A stretch of 64,000 bases of DNA. Origin: Octopus vulgaris (taxonomy: Eukaryota). The position numbers and the translations under genes are program-made. Every line of letters starts with the position of its first letter. Position 1 is the stretch's first letter. The notes below the pieces were generated by a model, which was given only the letters and a program-made list of their open reading frames with translations, was not told the DNA's origin and did not search any database. Positions 41,684-56,582 of the stretch are shown one piece after another. Where the stretch lies: positions 121,830,001 to 121,894,000 of the forward strand of contig OX597818.1 of assembly GCA_951406725.2 (NCBI GenBank), in the 5' to 3' direction.

Positions 41684-43718
41684 TGATAATAATAATAATA
41701 ATAATTATAATAATACTAGAAATGGAATAATAAACAGCATCTGTGATAACAGTAGTATTAGTAGCTGTAGTTCAAAGTCGCTAGCTACATAGCAAATTGG
41801 CTGTATGTCTGTTGCTGGTTGTAACTATAAATGCCGGGGAAAGCAATAGAATTCACATGATGTGACTAGTATAGATATGTACGAAAATGATTGCGTGCGT
41901 GTGTGTATGTATGTAAATATGTGTTATATGATAACTAAAACAGAAGTAGAAGGATGTAAGGAAAGTAAGGAAAAAAAAAATTCAAAGATGGAGGCCAGTT
42001 CAAAGCATCAACCAATAATAGTTGTATTGCTTTATTGCAGTTATTTACTTTCCTCCTGAGTAGCAACAGCATAGGTGTAATATCAGTGTTCATTAATAGT
42101 AGTTATGGTCGTGATGATGATCACAGTGTGTGAGTAGTAAACTCTAATCGTAAATGCAGTCGATATATTTGCGGTAACGGCTTGAAATTATCTGCCTTGA
42201 ATCTCTGCCAATGTACGTCCAAAGTGCGTATCAAAGGATTTGACGTGTCAAAATAAAGGCAAATAAGAAAAACCGCTCGGGCCACTACAATGTCGTGTGA
42301 TGTTAGCCAGAATTTACCATTCCGTGAAATCAAATGTTATCTAATACAAATATCATTCAAACTACAAACTCGTCACACTTCTTCATCCTCTCTCCCTCCC
42401 TTGTCATACGTAGGCTGCAACAACTCGACAGGAATAACGCCAGAAACCATATTGTGAACTGAGGAAAAGATAAACACCATATTTTCCAGTGTTTTTCCCT
42501 TCACATTTTAGTGAAAAAGAATTCGGCTACGATTGACAGAAAAAAACTTCTTGTACTAATAATAGCCTAACAAGACCTTTCTCCAAAATGCATTGACAGG
42601 AGTTCATTGTAACAGAAAACTGATAAGACCAAATTGGAAATTTATCACGCGAACACGACAATATTGAAACTGTAGATATAATACAAGTACATTTAAGTAG
42701 ATATAATACAAGTAAGTACATCAAGAGTTTTGTGAAGACTCGAATAGAAAGAACTTGAGAAAATTTGAATATACGACACGTTTCCTTTATTTTGTGGTAC
42801 GAGTCTTGATGAAAATCTTTCATATATTAGAGTAATTTGAATACGTCAGCAACTTTGAAGAAATTTGAACCATTGTTGTTTAGCATCAGTTAAACTTTAA
42901 TGCAATAGGTTTATATACACGACTACATTATTTTATATGACTTTCTTTATTTCAGCCAGTTGTTTGATATTTGAAGGAGACTTAGTTGCTATTTCTGTCA
43001 AGTTGAGCAACAACTTAGAGGCTTTCTCGCTTGAAAAATCTATAAAGGCAGTGGTAGTCGCAGCAAATCCGTTGATTAAAATGGCGGTATACATATCGAA
43101 GAATATACTCTTTATATATACTATCTCCAACGTTATGCTGTCTCCTTAGTATTGGCATTGAGATAAATAAGCATTGCTTAATTCACTTGGTTATTAATGT
43201 ATATATTGAATAAACAAAAATAAACACTAAATGTTTGAGGAACCATATTGTAACTATTGAATATTCTGGATTTAATAAATCTAGTCGCGGTTTATTGAAG
43301 ACAAAATATAATCAACCAGTATGCAACACATCTCCTTCCATCCTTTCTCATCCCACCTTACAAGTATGTATGTATGTATGTATGTATGTATGTATGTATG
43401 TATGTATGTATGTATGTATGTATGTATGTATGTATGTACCTCTGTGTATGTATGTATGTAAGTATGTATGTATGTATGTAAGTATGTATGTATGTATGTA
43501 TGTATGTATGTATGCTTGTTTGTATGTACCGATCTGTTAGTCTATCTCTTTATGTATGTTTATATATATATTTATGTATGAATGGCGGAATAAATTATTA
43601 ATTCGACCAAGAAAGCCTGGGTAGTTGTATTTACAAGATTTGTGATTTTTATTGTAAGATTATCCTTGCTCTCTCAGCTGATCGAGTACTTTTCTGCTTG
43701 TCGAAACATTGAAAAAGA

Positions 43719-43783
<65 letters not shown>

Positions 43784-44105
43784 AAAAAACCTTTAAAATG
43801 CTCCGCCCAGCCATGTTACGAAAGTAAGTAGAGTCTGTTATATGCTTGTTCATGTATGATATAAGCAGGTATACAAGACCTGACCCACCGTATCTTTCCA
43901 TCGACCCTTAGATGATCAAACAGGTCAACAGGTTTGTAATAAAGTAAATGAAATAATTGCCAGGTGTGTTAAAGGTGCAATTAGTTGGAATCTGTTGTCA
44001 TATGTCATCCATCTAGGTAGGTGCTTTCACTGAAATTTCAGAGAAAAGTTTGATACATTGAAATTTATTCGTTTTGGTTTTTCATAATTAAGAATTCCTT
44101 CAAAA

Positions 44106-44184
<79 letters not shown>

Positions 44185-44187
<3 letters not shown>

Positions 44188-45426
44188 AAGACAAAATAAA
44201 GGGAAAAAACTACAGAAGTCTCGTGTTATATGGTTAAAGAATATATTTAAATGGTTATGTTAGAAAAATGTTATAAAATTTTGCGTATAGTAACATTGTT
44301 TTTAGCAAAATAACCGGTTTCGTATTTTCTTTTCAAATTCTCAAATTTCTTTACCTATATTGTGTCATGTCTTCGCTATGTTGTGAAATATGGAGTTTCA
44401 GACAGAAGAAGGTAATCAGGGATTTTTTCAGTATAAGGGAAATAATCAAAAATGTTGGGAATGACTAAGTTTTATTAGTTTAATATGATTTGGTTTACAA
44501 GGAATAGAATGTTACAAGTGGTTAGGTTTTGCTTTATATTTTTTTCAATGAGGAGAGTTACCTTATTTAAAAATATTAGAAATGGTTAAGTTTTGATTAT
44601 ATTTTTCAATGAAGTATGTTTCCTTATTTAATCTAATTTGTGTTGGTGCTCCAATGGCACATTGATAGAATGGAAAGATTACAAATTGTGGTGGCAGTTG
44701 CTTTGCGCATTTCTCAATATGTTCACTATAGGATATTATTCTGTATTCTGGGAATGCAATCTGCTGTCGGTGCAGAGTGCATCTGCGTCTGAGCGATAAT
44801 CCCGTGGACCCTATGTAGTTTTGGTGGCAGCCCGAGCATCTTACAATGTAAATCAGGTTGTAACCACTTGTAACATTCTATTCCTTCTAAACCAAATCAT
44901 ATTAAACAAATAAAAGCTAGTAATTCCCAACATTTTTTATTATCGCCCTTAAACCAAAAAAATCCTTGATTACCTTCACAACATAGCGAAGACTTGACAC
45001 AATATAGGTAATGAAATTTGAGAAATTTGAAAAGAAAATACGAAACCTATTTCTTTATTACCCACAAGGGGATAAACATAGAGGGGACAAACAAGGACAG
45101 ACATAGGTATTATGTCGATTACATCGACCCCAGTGCGTAACTGGTACTTAATTTATCGACCCCGAAAGGATGAAAGGCAAAGTCGACCTCGGCGGTATTT
45201 GAACTCACAACGTAGCGGCAGACGAAGTACCGCAAAGCATTTCGCCCGGTGTGCTAACGCTTCTGCTAGCTCGCCACCTTAAGAAAATTCGAAACCGGTT
45301 ATTTCTCTAAATACAATGCTACTATGCGCAAAATTTTATAACATTTTTCTAACATAACCATTTAAATATATTCTTTAACCATATAACACGAACCTTCTGT
45401 AGTGTTTTCACTCTATTTTGTCTTTT
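44185..45426 (-). mobile_element. 5'-truncated Penelope-like element with inverted pseudo-LTR arms around a GIY-YIG segment
   Basis: 44859->44563 reads NLIYIVRCSGCHQNYIGSTGLSLRRRCTLHRQQIAFPEYRIISYSEHIEKCAKQLPPQFVIFPFYQCAIGAPTQIRLNKETYFIEKY... with no internal stop. 44185-44524 is inverted relative to 44861-45426 once the SINE is removed. Confidence 0.9.
45048..45280 (-). mobile_element. Full-length SINE family A (tail type 1) with 16-bp TSD
   Basis: TSD AAGAAAAT(A/T)CGAAACC at 45032-45047 and 45281-45296. The empty site is preserved in the opposite inverted arm. Confidence 0.95.
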
Positions 45427-45467
45427 ATACATCCAACCACGTGCTTTCACATACCAACTCTCTCACC

Positions 45468-45500
<33 letters not shown>

Positions 45501-45523
45501 GTGTGTGTGTGTCTGTGTTTATG

Positions 45524-45593
<70 letters not shown>

Positions 45594-45834
45594 CATATGT
45601 GTGTGTGTTTGAATGTATGTATATACATATATATGCATGAACACACACACAAATACACCGACACACCCCACATGTATATGCATGTATTGATAATCTTTTT
45701 TGAAGATTTTCAAGTGTATGAAAATAGATAGATAAGAAAAAGACAAAGAAATGGAGAGATATGAAGAAGAAAGGTGGAAAAAGCGATGTAAAAGGAAATA
45801 TTTAATGAAATAAACTTACACATACATCTATAAG

Positions 45835-45876
<42 letters not shown>

Positions 45877-47075
45877 TACAAGGTCGCGCGCACTTATATA
45901 ACAGTTTTACAGCCACATTATGACCCATTCACTCAGATACTGACACCTCGTGGTCATAAACCACTTTGGAAAAGACATAAGTAGTCTACTTCACAATTAT
46001 TTATCGAGTTCTCACTGTGCATACAACAAAACAAAGTAATATACTCTTTTATATATAGTTCTGCCATATGAAGCTATGCATTACACTGACACACGTGCAC
46101 ACACATACGCTGACACACGCGTATGTATATATGCGCATACGCGTGTGTGTGTGTGTGTGTGTTTGTGTGTGTGTATGCGTACGTTCGACCGTACACATAC
46201 ATCCACACGCACAAGCGTATAGATGTATGTGTGGCTATGAAACTTCCGGTTTTCTTCGTCGCTATTCAGAAGCTTTTTCGCCTGATGCGAGCTTTTAGGC
46301 GAAAACAACAAATTTTACTGACTCTTAAAAGGTGCCATAGACCAAGACCCTTTGTGTATCAGTGGCTTGAATCGTACATAATTACGTTCGCCACTGGCCA
46401 CTTTGAGTTATTTCCCTTAACACATTTTAGTTTAAATTATCAAATTACCTTGGCCATTAATGTTTCCTAATCTTTCTTGTATAAGATGTAATCCTTTGGC
46501 TACGGGATATAAGGTCAGAGAATTGCCGTGCTGACGACAGTTATTGGGCTAGAAACGCGTGCCAACAGTTAGCCTCTTATCTCCAGACAATAAGCCTATC
46601 CTTAATTCTTGAGATTATCTTCCATTCCCAAGTGGAGCTGCATTTAATTGCTCTTTATTTGGTAGTTATGACACATACTCCAAAGACGAAGGTTCTCTCG
46701 ATTGTTACATAAATCCACACACACACACACACACACCAAAGAACGGAGTAGGGAAATCATTTTAATACATCATCTACAATCGTTTCATCATTACTCAGTA
46801 TAAGTGAAGAATGAGAATGATCTGCCTATTCGCTCCTTGATATTTGTCATTATAAACACCTTACGGATATTTGTGAATTTTCAGATATTTCGAATGACAA
46901 AAGCTGCCTACTCTTCAAATTTTCTCTTACCCGATATCTGTTGAAGTGCTTCATGTCGTAAACATCAAGGTTATATACCCCAAAATACCATGGCTCACTA
47001 TATATGTACATGTGCGTGTGTATGTGTGTGTACATATTTATATGTATACACATACATGTGCACATATATACACAC

Positions 47076-47106
<31 letters not shown>

Positions 47107-47310
47107 GTTAATACAAACATGAACAAAGAGAAAAGACAACAACGCGAGGACGTGGAACAAGTATAGTGTTATTGGACGCTCAGGAAAGAAAGAAAGAAGG
47201 AGGATTTAACGTTTCGAGCAGAACTCTTCGTCAGAAACATAGAAAAAGGAAAGGTCCAAGGAAGGGAAGACGGAGAAAGAAAATCGCCAAAGATACACAC
47301 GCTGTCACAC
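47107..47310 (-). mobile_element. Short pLTR-like insert with minimal hammerhead (47203-47238)
   Basis: Minus strand GTTT-CTGACGA-A-GAGT TCT GCTC-GAAAC-GTTA-AATC, with palindromic AACGTT in stem III. Bounded by (TA)n and (CA)n. Confidence 0.7.
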
Positions 47311-47993
47311 TCTCACACATACACACACACACACACACACTTGACACATTTTTATATGTACACAAGCACATGTTTACATACGTACAAACACACAAATGCG
47401 TGTGCGATTGTATCTATACCTATTTTCTTCTGGCACTTTTAAATTTGTGCTTAGTTGAATACATTATTTATATAAACTCTTGATTAAAATTGTCGTCATC
47501 AACAATTATTAATTTGTTTCTTCATTAGAAAATTAAAAAGAGTTGTAATTCAAATTAATATCCTAATTTAGGTGGGTATTATGATAACCATTTCAGAATT
47601 TCACATAAAGAAAAAGCATTTCCAAAAATATTACGATGCAGCGAGAGAGCAAAACATTGCGAAATAAATAGATATCGATTTTAAAATGTTTCATGACACA
47701 AAAACGATCAGAAAAACACAAAATTGCTGAAATTTTAAATTGGAAATATAAAATAAAAATAATTGATAAATAAACGAAACTAGTATATATTCTTTGTTGG
47801 TGCCAGAAACAAAATATGAAATACGATTCGCTCGGCCTTAACATTTTAATGTTTCACTGGCAAGGTATACTCCATTATCCCAAATGCCATGCTGTGGTAT
47901 CAAACCCGGGGTATTCGTAATTGCGAAGAAAGGCTGTTAAACATTTGGCCATATTGCTCGCTTATACATACATACACACACATATGCATACAT

Positions 47994-48544
47994 GGTGGCT
48001 GCCCCCTCGTTATCGAGTATGGCCATTGCACGAAGCTTAATCAATGTTCTTATCGTGCAATGCCTGTGCAAGAAGATTTTTTTTAAAGTGAGGAAAGGCT
48101 GTGCACTAAGTCAATCCCACTCACTAAACAGCAGCAGCCATAATCCGAAAAGAAGAACAAGTCAACATCATCGGTAACCACTGAGCCGCAGGTTTTATGT
48201 CGGAGTTATCCCAGTTACCTGAGTTACCTTCTCCTAGAAGGATGCCCTAACAAAGGCTAGGAGTCCTTCACTCCCAATGGTTAAACCGCGCGATCGGGTA
48301 TTCAGTCCGATTATTTCTATATCCCCGCGGATGATACAGCCTTAAGACATTTATTGGATGGCCGTTGACTCTCAAGAGTTCCTCCGCCTTTTGACGGGTT
48401 TTGTTTTTCATCCCGCAGGGTGTACAATAAACACCCTCCTCACCAATCAAGCTTGGTGGGGTTGCCGGTTTAGTCACCGACGACTCGACCATGCAACAGG
48501 TTGTACTGGGTTACATATTACCAGTAGCACTCGAAACTGACCTG
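47994..48544 (-). mobile_element. 551-bp non-coding retroposon with 14-bp TSD, probably an RTE-derived non-autonomous element
   Basis: TSD ACATATGCATACAT at 47980-47993 and 48545-48558. The minus strand has GGCATCCTTCTAGGAGAAGGTAACTC, resembling RTE 5' UTR motifs. No tRNA head is evident. Confidence 0.65.
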
Positions 48545-48655
48545 ACATATGCATACATAGATACATAGATACATAGATACATACATACATATATACCGAC
48601 AGACAGACCCCCGCCCAAACAAGCACATATATAAATATGTTTCTAAATATATACA

Positions 48656-48736
<81 letters not shown>

Positions 48737-48744
48737 CTCTCTCT

Positions 48745-48745
<1 letters not shown>

Positions 48746-48821
<76 letters not shown>

Positions 48822-49322
48822 TGTAGTTGTGTGAGTATCTGTCCCCTTCGATTTAGATTCCTAACTATTCCCACATTTTGCGGTGCAGTTTAACCAAATT
48901 CGGGTATCTTATAGTCGTGATTAATATCGAGCCCGTCTGGCTATTAGCGCACGTCTACGATGAGTCTACGATTTTAAAAATAATTTAACATCATTTTTTA
49001 TTCCATTTTAATGCATAATTTTTCGTGTGTCGATGGCGGCGGAGTTGGCGTCCACGCTCAAACACCTGCACCTGTGTTTGCTTCTCCCCCTTCTTCCCTC
49101 CCTCGTGAAGCTGTGGGGAAGGGAGTGTATGGAAATCAACGTCGTAAAGCGTTGTCAAGGAGACCAGCGTTCGTTTAGAACAACGACTTCATGGCTTGAA
49201 GACACCAAAACAGAAATGGCTAAGAAAGCCCGAATTGGCATCTATAAGGGAAGTAACTCTCTAAAAATGCTTATATAGTTATTTCCCTTACAAACCCGAG
49301 CAACGCCGGGCGATACTGCTAG
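48746..49322 (+). mobile_element. Non-autonomous Helitron-like element
   Basis: 3' hairpin CCCGAGCAACGCCGGG (49295-49310) followed by CTAG|T (49319-49323). The 5' end is obscured by the (TA)n expansion. Confidence 0.75.
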
Positions 49323-49356
<34 letters not shown>

Positions 49357-49714
49357 TGCACGCACACACATACTTGCACATGCACACCTGTATATATTCA
49401 TGTATTCATATGTTCGTGTGTGCTTGTGTGTGTGTGTGTGTGTGTTTATTTTTCGCTTTCTGCACAGTTTTCATCAATTAAATTCCACTCATTGGCATTG
49501 GTCAACCGGAAGCTATAGTAAAAGACACTTGCTAAAAGTGCTACGCTTTGAGACTTAACTGGAAACTAAGAAGCTGCAAAATGAACTTATCCACTACGTA
49601 ACCAGGCCTACAACCGTTAACACTGTTAAAACCAAACATTCCAATATTCAATAACTCGAAGAAGGAAAGTGACGTTCTTAGCAATCATTGCAGATCAAGA
49701 GATAAGGCAGTTTT

Positions 49715-50125
49715 TTTACTTCTACTTTTGCTTGTCTCAGACATTGGACTGCGACCATATTGGGGCTGATAAGTTTTAGTCACACGTATCGACTCCAGTA
49801 CTTATTTTAAAACCTGGTACTAATTTCATCGTTCTCTTTTGCCGAACCGCTTCATTACGGGAACATAAATAAACCAACACATTGTCAGGCGGTGGTAGGG
49901 TCAAGCAGAAAAAACACTCACAAACACGCATCAACACACACTCATACACCCATACACACATATATGGGCTTCTTTCAGTTACCGTCTACCAAATCCACTC
50001 GGAAGTCATTGGTCGGCCAGAGACTACAGTAGAAGACACTTGCCCAAGGTTCTACGAAGGAAGATTAAAACTGGAGCTAAGTGGTTTGAAAGTGAAATTC
50101 TCATCACACAGTCACGCGTGCGCCT
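49715..50125 (-). mobile_element. Diverged SINE family B
   Basis: CTCTTTTGCCGAACCGCT...TCTACCAAATCCACTC...AGTAGAAGACACTTGCCCAAGG. Confidence 0.8.
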
Positions 50126-51189
50126 ATCGACACAACCACGGAAGATTTATCCATAATATCATCAACTGGATTTGATCTTTCACCCCGTAGTCTATATATC
50201 TTATTAACTTCAAGCAACTGAAGCCGCTGTGATTTCGGAAGGTTAAAAAAAAGGCTTAAATAATATTTAATTTGATAAAGGCTGAGCAAAGAATGCATAT
50301 CAGTTAATCTTATTCTCCTTGCGCTTGTAAATTTGTGATCCCATTATAACAGCTGTTAATAGAAGAAACGCACGCTTTTATGCTCTATTTTATAAATCGC
50401 ATCTTGGAGAGAAATGCAACTTCTTAAGAAACGAAACATCATATCTCTGGCACGAAGGAAAAAAAATTTGAACAATTATGAAGGTCATTTGAGAAGTCAA
50501 GAGAAAATAGAATTTCTGTTATTAATGTTAAAACACAGATGTTTCGTTTTTGTACAGAAGGCGAGATTAAAACTGACAAACCACATTATTAAGCGATTTT
50601 TGCCTCCTCTTCTTGCTCTTTCTCTTTCTCACTATCATTCCATCATTATGCAGTTTACTTATATTTTGCAATATATAATCTATGTAATCTTATCTATCTA
50701 TCTATCTATCTATCTATCTGCCTGTCTGTCTGTCTGTCTGTCTTTTTCTCTGTCTCACATCACTCTCTTTCTACAAATATGCACACATGAACACACACAT
50801 GTATATATATATATATATAAGTATGAATGTGTGTGCGTGTGTGTGTTATAGGCTTCTGTACTCTTGCTATGACACCGGGTCATCGCTTACAAAACTGACA
50901 CCTGTAACAGGCTTGTCTGGTGAGAAGGATTGATAAATATCCAGAAGAACAAAATGCAAAACTTGTGAAAAAGACGTAGATAATTAGCGTCGTTCAAGGG
51001 CTTTTGTGCAATAGTTCGTAGGGACATAGAAATACTCACGACACTTTGAGAGTGATGGCTCCCTAGAAGACCTCAGCCATAGCCGCGGGTGGTTTGATGC
51101 GTCACATTGCGTTTATATACGTTGCTTTGTGTACTCCAGTTTGTGCCTACGATATGTTTTGGTGTATGATTCTCATTATTAGACATAGG

Positions 51190-51575
51190 AAAGGCAGCGA
51201 TTTGGCGGAGTCGTTAGCATGCCAGCAAAATGCCTTTCACCCTTTCAGGGTCGATGAAACAAGTACCACTATAGCACTGAAGTCTATGTACTCGACTTAG
51301 CCCCTCCTCCATCCCAATTTTCAAGCCTTGTGCCTATAGTATAAAGGATTGTTAGAAAAAGGAAAGGCGGTGAGCTGGCAGAATCGTTAGCACTCCGGGC
51401 AAAATGCTTGGCGGTATTTCGTCCGTCTTTATGTTCTGAGCTCTAATTTCGCCGAGGTCAACTTTACCTTTCATCTTTTTGGGGGCAACAAGTACCAGTT
51501 GAACACTGGAATCGATGTAATCGACTGACTTTCTCCCTCGAAATTGCTAGCCTTGTGCCAAAATTTGAATCCATT
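51190..51575 (+). mobile_element. Two SINE family A copies (tail types 2 and 3)
   Basis: Heads AAGGCAGCGATTTGGCGGAG and AAGGCGGTGAGCTGGCAGAATCG. Confidence 0.85.
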
Positions 51576-52367
51576 TTTAGACATCGGAGGTACTCACATA
51601 TGGCCTTGACTGCTCTCAACAAGCATTGCGGTTAGGGGTTTAGGGCTAAAGGCCATTAAGTGTGTGCGTGTGTGTGTGGGTTTAGATATCCTGGACCGGA
51701 TGGCATGTTGTGTCCTTGATCAAAGCACTCCATTTAATGATGCATCTGTGCATCCTCTTGAAAAATAGTATTAGTGCCAAGATGAGTGATCGTAGTGGTG
51801 TTGGTGGCTAATCATGTGAGAGACCGAGGTCTCGTCCGGGAGGAATTCGTGAATTTTCAGCCAAGTAGAAACAAATGAAGCTGGAATAAAGCTCCAACCT
51901 AATGGGCCTGCAAGCACGAGTATGTACAAATATATATGGATGGTTCACGATGAGGATCCCATTGCTCGATAAAATGAATTACCTGCTCCTGAAACAGCGT
52001 GTAAGTGGCCGTGGGTTCCGGAAACTCATGCACCCTTAATGTAATTTTCAGGCAGAATCATCATCACAGAGTGTGTGATAGTACAGAAATTTTGATTTAC
52101 CGGTACAATCCACCGAGCGGTTTCCGTATAATTTCCATCTATTCAGTTTCACTCGCAATGTATGAGTTACTCGAAAGTATTGAAAATGCCATTTGCTTAA
52201 GATGACACAGAGTTGGAACGAACACGAAACATCGCAGTTGCGAAGCGACGAACTTTGTAACTATTAAATTGTGTGTGTGTGTGTGTGTGTGTGTCTCTCT
52301 GTGTGTATATATATATATATATATATAAAACCATTGGATTATGCATTCTCTCACTCTCTCTTTCTCT

Positions 52368-52588
52368 CTCTTTTACTCTTTTACTTGTTTCAGTCATTTG
52401 ACTGCGGCCATGCTGGAGCACCGCCTTTAGTCGAGCAAATCGACCCCAGGAATTATTCTTTGTAAGCCTAGTTCTTATTCTATCGAACTCTTTTGCCGAA
52501 CTGCTAAATTACGGGGACGTAAACACACCAGCATCGGTTGTCAAGCGATGTTGGCGCGGCAAACACAGACACACGAAAACACACTCAC

Positions 52589-52619
<31 letters not shown>

Positions 52620-52774
52620 CGACGGGCTTCTTTCAGTTTCCGTCTACCAAATCCACTCACAAGGCTTTGGTCAGCCCGAGGTTATAGTAGAAGACACTTG
52701 CCCAAGGTGCCACGCAGTGGGACTGAACCCGGAACCATGTAGTTGGTAAACAAGCTACTTACTACACAGCCACT
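52368..52774 (-). mobile_element. SINE family B
   Basis: Reverse complement of 26804-27215. Confidence 0.9.
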
Positions 52775-53018
52775 TAAATAAATATATATATAAATATATA
52801 AATATATACATATAAATAAATATGCAAATACATAAATAAGTAGTATGTATATATGTATGTATCTATCTTTTTCATTCTGTATGTACACACACATATACAT
52901 ATGAAATCATATATTCAATAATGAAGCATAACTGAATTGTTATGAATTTTCAGTGTGTGTAGGTTTATTTGTATATATGTATATATTACACACATACATA
53001 CATACATACAAACATATA

Positions 53019-53057
<39 letters not shown>

Positions 53058-53104
53058 TACATATATATATACATATATATACATATATATATATATGTAT
53101 ATGT

Positions 53105-53176
<72 letters not shown>

Positions 53177-54023
53177 GTATATATATATGTATATGTAGGT
53201 ATATGTGTGGGACTATGGCTAGATAGATAAGATAGCGTGATAAATGAAAGTCATATCTTCAAGATCGAGATCGATGAACAAAAATTTGAACTAGCTTTCT
53301 ATTAAATATATTTTTATTTCTGTCAAACACTCATTTATTCAATGAAATATTGGAAGAGGTGGAAATATAAAAAAAAATCGCACCCCTCCACGCCAAATAA
53401 AAATAGAAATAAATAGATATACCCAACACAAAGCAAAACAAAAATGAAAACCAAATATAAACGAATAAGAGGGTATAATAATATACAGAAAAAATATCCA
53501 CTTGTTAACAATCGGAGATTGTTATGACAATCGGTGAAATAGATCACTGCCGCTTCACGTGATTTTGCTGCAAAGAAATTATGGGAATTTTTAGTTGTTT
53601 TGTTATTATTGGTAATCATTTTGTTATTGTTGTGGTACTTATTGTTGTTGATTTGTTGTGTTGCTAGGTATAAAACGCTTTCAACAGTGACACCAAAGTG
53701 GTAAAGAAGTCTTGACTTCTTAACTTTCTGCCATATTGTCGAATTTCGTGTGTAGGCATATAAATTCGGCAAGGTCTTAAGCGAGGTTAATCTGGCCAAC
53801 CATTTATAGAAGCACGGGAAGCACTTTTAAAAATAAATCTCTTTTATTCCTTATTATTTCCTAACACAAAGATCAAATCTGGGCAAACAGTAAGCGTAGC
53901 TGCGCATTTGTCTTTTTGCGTTGCGTGTGTATGTGTACATACTCACACGTCCACGCACACATACACGCACATACTTATATGTATATACATGAAATGCGTA
54001 TGTAGTGTAGAATTCCTTTCAAA

Positions 54024-54058
<35 letters not shown>

Positions 54059-54088
54059 TGTATGTATGTATGTATGTATCTATCTATG

Positions 54089-54151
<63 letters not shown>

Positions 54152-54152
54152 A

Positions 54153-54240
<88 letters not shown>

Positions 54241-54995
54241 GTACTGTTTCGTGAAGGTAAGATCACCAAAAATGTGCTCCATCTGGTGCGAGATAAATAT
54301 TATTTAATACACACAATATATGTGTTTATGTGCTGCTAATAGTTTCATATTTTGAGAAATACCTCACGCATATTCATCAGGCTCAAACCACATATATGGT
54401 ATTTTTGAAGATTTGGTGATATATATTTATATGGTATATATTTGAGAGTACCTTCTTCTTGTCTTTAATTCACATAGTTAAAGGCATCGCACCTGTTGAC
54501 TACCTGTTAACTCCTGTTTATTCTGTGGTTTAAAATCTTAGTTCGATAAATTTAATTAAAATTAAACTACTGTGATATGTCATGCAAGTGTATTTCATAC
54601 TTAAACACTATAAACCACTAGCTTATATTCGAACATTACATATTCTCTTTTTGTTTGCTTCTGGGCGATTCGTATATCACCTTATCGTGGTGTCAACAAC
54701 TATTCTATATTTCTTTCTGAATGAGAAACCCTCTTTTGTTCAACACCAACTGAAGAGCCGAATAGATGCCGAAACATCTCGTAGGATACATGTTTTGCCT
54801 ATGTGAGGTACATAAGACCAATTCCGGCTTTTTTCTGTAATTTCACATGGACTTAAAATCATTGCACCAAATACTTGTTGAGTCATTGTACATCTAAAGT
54901 AGTTCGGCAGAATCTCTTCAAATCCAGAACAGATGCAGCCAATATTAAAGAGATCTAGGTACCCAGAGGTACAACTGCTACTGCTACTGCTGCTG

Positions 54996-55058
<63 letters not shown>

Positions 55059-55554
55059 TACTTTTTGCTGCTGCTACAAGCTATAGACAACTTTAAACGA
55101 AAATAACATGCTTCTCTTTCAGCACTTTGTTCGTTTCATCAAAAAACTGAGTTACAGAAAGAGTAATAACGGTATTGAAATGAAATTAAATGTAAAAATC
55201 TACGGAAAAAAATCTATGAAAAAAAAAGACAACTCTCCCCGCAAACCAACAAGCTATTGAGGAATTGAAGGATGTAAGAAGCAGCAATATATTCTATGAC
55301 ACAATATAAAAATATTATAAAAAGAAAGGAAATTCAGTTGACAACACAAGTGATAACGAAATGATACTGCTTAAAGTAGGAACCATCAGTTGATGGGTTA
55401 ACTGTTAGTTAACCATCTTAGCCTGCAGATATAGACTTTCCCATCATTTATTATAGATTTATACTATATTTTTTTTTCAACGACTGGCGACTTCTGTCTA
55501 ATAGTATCACTAACATGTAACCATAAAATAATGAATAATGATAAAATTAGTTGA

Positions 55555-55585
55555 TGGAGATGGTGGTGGCGATGATGATGAAGAC

Positions 55586-55617
<32 letters not shown>

Positions 55618-56164
55618 GTTTGATGATGACGACGACGACGACGATGATGATGATGATGATGTAATGTCGGTTGCAGAAGCGGAGGCGGTGGTAGTGTCAT
55701 TGATGGGGAAGATAATGATGATGATGATGATGATGTTGAGGATGATGATGAGTTTGATGATGACGACGATGATGATGATGATGATAATGATGATGATGAT
55801 GTAATGTCGGTTGCAGAGGCGGCGGCGGTGGTAGTGTCATTGATGGAGAAGATAATGATGATGATGATGATGATGATGATGATGGTGGTGGTGATGACGA
55901 CAATAGTCATGATGAAGTCGATAACGATGATGGTAATGATGATGATGATGATGATGCCCACTACGACGACAATGATGATGTAGACGTTGATAGTAATTGT
56001 GGTACTGACTGATTGTAGTAACATTAGTGACGATCACAATAACTTCTTATGTAACGATAATAATGATAATTATGATGATGGCCAGACGCTTGTACTGGAA
56101 ACGGTAATGATGGTATGCTGACGACGGACAATAAAGACGAAGATGCCGACGACGACGACGACGG

Positions 56165-56202
<38 letters not shown>

Positions 56203-56285
56203 GTGATGAGGATAATGATGATGACTATGATGACGTCAACGACGACAAGGATGATGATGATGATAATGGTGATAATGATGGTGAT
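55555..56285. repeat. (GAT)n/(GAC)n trinucleotide field with an internal 140-bp-period duplication
   Basis: GTAATGTCGGTTGCAGA.GCGG.GGCGGTGGTAGTGTCATTGATGG occurs at 55661 and 55801. Confidence 0.9.
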
Positions 56286-56483
56286 AGTATTTTGCCGAGG
56301 CCCAGTTTAAGATTAGAAGTGGCTTTATCAAATTATCTACTTTTCTCTGCATGACCACCTTCCACTTCTCAAAGATTTTATGTCTGTCTTTGACGTTTTT
56401 CTCTGTCTCTCTCTTTCTCTTTCTCACTGGTTTTATTTCACTTTTCCCATCATTATTTAAGTTAAATTTCTCCTCTGGCTAAG

Positions 56484-56582
<99 letters not shown>

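Noticed and set aside
46275-46305. CTGATGC...GCGAAAA hammerhead look-alike
   Set aside because: The core is wrong and is sequestered in a simple TTTTCGCCT/AGGCGAAAA hairpin.
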